The position numbers and the translations under genes are program-made. Source: Botryllus schlosseri (lineage: Eukaryota). From it: DNA of 64,000 bases. The notes under the pieces were generated by a model. It searched no databases, had not been told where the DNA came from, and saw nothing but the letters and a program-made list of their open reading frames with translations. Within the stretch, counting starts at the first letter, position 1; every line of letters begins with the position of its first letter. The stretch is taken from positions 13,454,001-13,518,000 of the forward strand of contig CM119378.1 of NCBI GenBank assembly GCA_051294905.1, read 5' to 3'. Shown in pieces: positions 60,601 through 64,000 of the stretch.

Positions 60601-63569
60601 CGCGGAGCCTTGCTGTATATTTCCCTATTTAAACTTACAGGCTCCCAGCACTCAAGCGTTCGGAATAATTTCTGGCTAATGTCGACAAACATGATAAACT
60701 TCGCGTACCCTTATTAACGGATGTCACAAACGTGTCTCGATTTTCAATCAGTAAGAGAGCCGCTTCAAGTAATCTCTAATGTTGGGCATTGTGATGTCAT
60801 CAGCGATATCATGTCATAATTCGATAAAGTAACAAACAGTTTCCCCGTCAATTTTCTAGTTTGGCACCCTGAATTTCGTTGACGTGCTACTCAGATATTC
60901 ATCATTTTAGAACACTCACACTTTGTTGCAGTCGTCCATGAAATATTGTCCGTGCTTGAAGTATTTCTCTCCGTCGAAGCAGCCACATTCCTCTTTGAGA
61001 ACGCAGCTTCCGTCGTAAGATCTGTAGAATCCGGGTTTGCAAGCACATCCTGAGGGATGAATGATGTATTTAGTGAACAAGCGACCATATTTGATCTATC
61101 ATATCAAGCAATCGTTTCAGTGGTTTATTCATCTGTAAGATTATTTTTGCTCACCGGTCATGCAGACACCGGCGGTGCAGAAGTCTTGCGGGTATTGACA
61201 ATTTTTCTCGCATGCTGCGCCTTGGATGTCAGTCGGGTCTTCGCAGGAGTAATACTGCTCGTTTGCGCCGTTGCATGTAGTGGTCACGTCTGAAGTGAAG
61301 GAATATATATTAACTGATGAAGTGGGAAAGTGGCGAGAATGATTTTATTACATCATTGCGAATCTACGTTTCGTTTATGACCTTACAACCAGGTTTAGCG
61401 CACACTCATATTTACATTGTTTACCATGTACGTTGTCGTCTCGATAACGCCTATAGTTCGAAATGTGTGGTATGTACCGCTGTAAATACGTAATATATAA
61501 TTGGACCGCTAGATTAAACGGTACAAGCCAAAAGAATAGGCTACTTATGTGTAATACTACGGCATATTAAATAAAGACAATCAACTTACTCGTTGAGATG
61601 CACTCCATAGCTCCGCCGTTGCAAGTACTGCAATATGATTAACGGGTTACTCGTTTGTATTGATTTCGATAAAAACTTAACGAAACTGGTGCAATTAGAT
61701 GTCAACAGTTTTACATTGAATTCATGAGTCGATTGCTAACGCCGATATGTAAACGCTTGCTTCCACATTCTCGAAAACTAACCATTCTTTGTCTCCGATT
61801 CTCGTCGTTCCAGCCTCGTACCATTCGCCTTCGTAGAGGCACGGGCATTCATCTCTCTGTACGCATTGACCTGGGCACAAGCGAGCGTGTTCAGTGCGCT
61901 GCCGCAATTCAATAATTTACCACCCGCTACCTCTGCCATTTTCGTATTGTCCCTCTGGGCAGAAACACCCAGCGTGTACGTCGAGCAGACAATAGCCGGA
62001 GAAGGAAGAACAGGAGTTGATGCATTCGTTCGATTCGCGGTACACGAACGGCTCCTCGCACTGTACGGCTGTGAAATTCGGTAACTGATATCGACAATAC
62101 GGTACGGCATTAACCCAAGATTTACTCACAGCACTCGTCTTCCAATGTCGAGACAAGGTCGAAGGCGAAGGTTTTTCGCGCTGTGCATGCGGCGTAAAAT
62201 CCGGACTTCATGGAGCACGCGTGAGTAGGCCTTTGGTCGAGTAGCGGAACCAGACAGGCGTATTCTTTGCAGTCGCCGAATCGCTCGATGGAGCCGGGGC
62301 AGTCGCTGAACATGTGGATTTTGCCGCAAATGGCGGTGGTGTCGGCGTCTACGAAAAGAAAAGTACGGGGTGTTAAAGTTTATGAGTTTATACTTTATAC
62401 TGTATGTATAACATTGTAAATATAAATCGTGTACTTCACCGAACTCCACCCTAGCGTTGGGTACAAATACGGCAAACGGTACTTCGTTGTACGGCATTGT
62501 GCACCAATTGCAATGGGTAAAAACGATCCCAGGGGTGGATTGGGTACTATTTTCGTGTACCCGCCTCTCACCAGTAGGCGTGAAAAGGTGACACAAGGGT
62601 ACACAGTAATTGTAAACATAGCCCATGCAACACCTCTGGAATATATCTCTATAAGGAGTGGTAGTGGCGTATTTGACTCGTTATCACACATTTAGGGTTA
62701 CCATACGTCCTTAATTTTTCATGTTTTTAAAAATGTCCTCTGAGGACGCCTGAATATCCACCTTTTTGGCAGTTCTTCCTCTTTTACAGCTAGGATAATG
62801 CACAGGTTCGACTGAAAATCGGCACAAATGACGCTAAATAGCAAATCCGGACGTTCGAGTGGGTAATTCGGTGGTTGATTGAAAGTGGCAACCTTTTTTA
62901 GTCAACTCCACAAATTCCCCAGCCAAAGTAGCAAAATCGGCATTTTTTTTCAGTCTTGACCAACTAACTTTGCTGATTTGATAAAAGTGTCGTCCTTTCC
63001 CGATTCCAAAATATGGTAACCCTAACACATTGGAATGAGTGTTAAAGTATAATTTGGTATCAGAAAGTGGTGATGGCCTGATTACACCTTGCAAGGTGGA
63101 AATCTGGATGCACCTATTTTCCATCCATGTATTTACAGAGTAGGCCTATATTCACCAACTTAGCTAACTATACACTTCCAAAATCCAAAGCTCGCAAACT
63201 CAATATACGATTCTGAGATTATTTTTGAAAGAAATATACTTCGACGCCGTTGTCTTGAAGACACGACGACCTTAATTTAGAACTTACCACAAGTCATTGG
63301 TGGCATTACGAATCGACTTTCGCTACATTTCTTATCGACCTTCCAGTTGTTAGCGAACACGTCTTTGGTTTTCGCCAGCGCGGAGGACTGGAGCCGGAAA
63401 TCGTCGTAGGATCTTCCGTTGTAGTTGCCGGCCAGACCCATGAGCTTTCCGGAATATCCAGGCGACACTTTGACGACGATCGAGGCTACGCGGTCGTAAA
63501 GGATTTGGACGTCTTTTCCTCTGATGGTCAGCAGAACGCTGCCGACTACTTGCTGAATGTCCACCATTC
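22963..63569 (-). CDS. Gene B: giant VWF-like protein (D2 part-D'-D3-about 23 VWC-like modules-D4-cystine knot), about 3,880 aa in the window; 5' end beyond the right edge
   Basis: 80 exons (listed in the sub-features) form one open frame ending TAA at 22963-22965; the summed length of 11,645 nt is phase-consistent. All introns are GT-AG except one GC-AG. VWD, C8, TIL, VWC-like and CTCK cysteine patterns are recognisable. Exons 63569-55364 match gene A exons in length and phase. Confidence 0.93.
23412..23621. mobile_element. Small hairpin MITE
   Basis: Terminal IR GTGGAATCA/TGATTCCAC plus a 17/18 inner IR (23493-23510 vs 23534-23551). Confidence 0.6.
23954..24382. repeat. Direct repeat of about 120 bp (x2) flanking a GCATG-rich hairpin and a (GGTTA/TTAGG)n tract
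   Basis: 23954-24073 matches 24263-24378; hairpin atgctcatatgtc..gacatatgagcat; ttaggttaggttagg tract at about 24170-24260. Confidence 0.8.
25463..31099 (-). CDS. Gene B: last VWC-like modules and D4 assembly (VWD4 with GDPH, C8, TIL) plus short Cys-rich linker
   Basis: Exons 30758-31099, 29972-30070, 29804-29911, 29012-29166, 28754-28952, 28043-28278, 27693-27903, 26578-26864, 25976-26363, 25463-25564. Motifs CTCQAYGDPHFTTFDG, MMGLCGSCNN, CIPWRSALNC, EGCFCPEG. Confidence 0.9.
31500..36784 (-). CDS. Gene B super-repeat R3 (11 exons, 524 aa, 5 VWC-like modules)
   Basis: Exons 36639-36784, 35789-35990, 35119-35237, 34259-34409, 33995-34175, 33560-33665, 33311-33500, 32615-32716, 32307-32347, 32055-32215, 31500-31672. 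Confidence 0.9.
32385..32560. mobile_element. Palindromic MITE family (internally deleted copy)
   Basis: gaatagtatattcatattgaaatgaaaccgaatatt..aatattggggttcatttcaatatggatacactattc; same family at 46950-47060 and 59396-59795. Confidence 0.7.
37390..45630 (-). CDS. Gene B super-repeat R2 (15 exons, 686 aa, 6 VWC-like modules)
   Basis: Exons 45485-45630, 45327-45425, 44433-44538, 44253-44371, 42270-42420, 42028-42211, 41309-41411, 40796-40985, 40635-40736, 40033-40073, 39815-39975, 39022-39194, 38426-38527, 38072-38279, 37390-37562. Confidence 0.9.
38617..38860. repeat. Minisatellite, unit about 94-95 bp, about 2.6 copies
   Basis: Units start atcaaac at 38617, 38712 and 38806. Confidence 0.8.
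42930..43095. repeat. Tandem duplication, unit about 83 bp, 2 copies
   Basis: tatcactt.taaatt.tcaggcagag at 42930 and 43013. Confidence 0.75.
43203..43907. mobile_element. hAT (Buster-like) MITE
   Basis: TIR CAGTGGTTCCCAACC/GGTTGGGAACCACTG; perfect TSD CAATAGAG. Confidence 0.9.
44776..45135. mobile_element. hAT (Buster-like) MITE with ATCGCCCC subterminal repeats
   Basis: TIR CAGTGGTTCCCAA/TTGGGAACCACTG; perfect TSD ATTTAAAA. Confidence 0.9.
46089..52341 (-). CDS. Gene B super-repeat R1 (16 exons, 681 aa, 6 VWC-like modules)
   Basis: Exons 52199-52341, 52043-52138, 51607-51712, 51424-51542, 51216-51360, 50580-50760, 50418-50520, 49303-49492, 48531-48632, 48423-48463, 48202-48362, 47504-47676, 47342-47443, 46750-46790, 46516-46682, 46089-46261. 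Confidence 0.9.
50809..50970. repeat. Tandem duplication, unit about 93 bp, about 2 copies
   Basis: acatagga..ctgtcac....taaatg.agttgttgcaa.cttgaataaaa at 50809 and 50902. Confidence 0.7.
52586..55753 (-). CDS. Gene B: non-repeated VWC-like modules between D3 and the super-repeats
   Basis: Exons 55681-55753, 55364-55460, 55187-55301, 54828-54886, 54547-54766, 53896-53948, 53642-53831, 53463-53515, 52586-52760. They show the xGxxW...C...CC..x.C pattern (PGEVNEW, IGDKWTKKC, TRPGDCCPWGEC). Confidence 0.88.
56112..63569 (-). CDS. Gene B N-terminal block: VWD2 (second half), C8-2, TIL2, E2, TIL'/E', D3 assembly and first VWC-like module
   Basis: Exons 63288-63569, 62130-62348, 61931-62068, 61783-61870, 61590-61627, 61155-61289, 60920-61049, 59134-59272, 58964-59074, 58357-58590, 58183-58293, 57600-57749, 57377-57533, 56839-56990, 56677-56776, 56392-56441, 56112-56325. 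Motifs [55 protein letters not shown]. Confidence 0.92.
59396..59795. mobile_element. Palindromic MITE with inverted arms of about 75 bp
   Basis: 59454-59530 is the reverse complement of 59722-59795; homologous to 32385-32560 and 46950-47060. Confidence 0.8.
62693..63024. mobile_element. hAT (Blackjack-like) MITE
   Basis: TIR TAGGGTTACCATA/TATGGTAACCCTA; flanked by ACACATT on both sides (7-bp duplication). Confidence 0.75.
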
Positions 63570-64000
63570 CTGAATCATTCCAAAGTAAATTTGGATCAGC
63601 ACAAATTTAGTGGTGCTTAGTTTGCATTGATATATCTCGAGAATGGCCAGTTGATCCAAACAGTGCTTGTGAGATAGGTCGTATTGAATGCGGTGGGATG
63701 CGACAGGTGTAATGAGTTAGTATCCAAAAAAAGAAGTTGGCGTCTCGACGAGGTGTTATAAATCATGAATTCAATGTATTGATATAACTCCTTAGAAATC
63801 ATAACGACAAACTTAGCAAAATGCAAGCATATATACCATAAAATAGGCAATATTATCCTCCGAATTCGTTTTTGTAAAAATAAAATAGTCACGGGACACG
63901 TGCTGACCTTACGCAGTTTCGTGAATTGGGCGAACTTGGACATCATTTTCACGCAGTGTGTCACCATGTGTTAGAAAGCAGAAACACCCGGCCAATATAA

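Noticed and set aside
60321-60692. 123-aa intronic ORF as a nested gene
   Set aside because: No recognisable domain or splice-linked partner exons; probably chance or decayed repeat.
62429-62695. 88-aa plus-strand ORF
   Set aside because: Lies in an intron beside MITE-like ends (CAGAGGTGTTGC on the minus strand); no family match recognised.
63913-64000. Possible further gene B exon at the right edge (strong GTAAG donor; one frame reads ILAGCFCFLTHGDTLREND.., signal-peptide-like)
   Set aside because: The open frame ends in phase 2 but exon 63288-63569 needs phase 1, and I found no bridging exon. The phase-1 frame has an upstream stop and no acceptor. Unresolved without flanking sequence or cDNA.

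Overview
Eukaryotic, intron-rich, AT-rich DNA, probably from a tunicate (ascidian); that assignment is an inference from many 55-70 nt introns, dense hAT MITEs and the gene family. The window holds two head-to-tail paralogous genes on the minus strand, both encoding giant secreted von Willebrand factor/gel-mucin-like proteins. Gene B (>63569 to stop at 22963) has 80 exons that I spliced by hand with consistent phases: 11,645 nt, about 3,880 aa in the window, 5' end beyond the right edge. Its order is D2(part)-D'-D3-about 23 VWC-like modules-D4(GDPH)-short Cys-rich linker-cystine knot. It has no VWA domain and no PTS mucin domain. Most VWC-like modules lie in three nested super-repeats, and five carry a conserved Cys-free insertion of about 40 aa. 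Gene A (ATG 16596, running off the left edge) has 31 exons, about 1,380 aa in the window: signal peptide-D1-D2-D'-D3-start of the VWC region. Its exon lengths and phases match gene B. Introns and the 6.4 kb intergenic region contain hAT MITEs with 8-bp TSDs, a 615-bp near-perfect palindrome, two tRNA-derived SINE families, two transposase fossils, minisatellites and one 143-N gap. Nearly all ORFs in the supplied track are exon fragments, antisense shadows or repeat noise.
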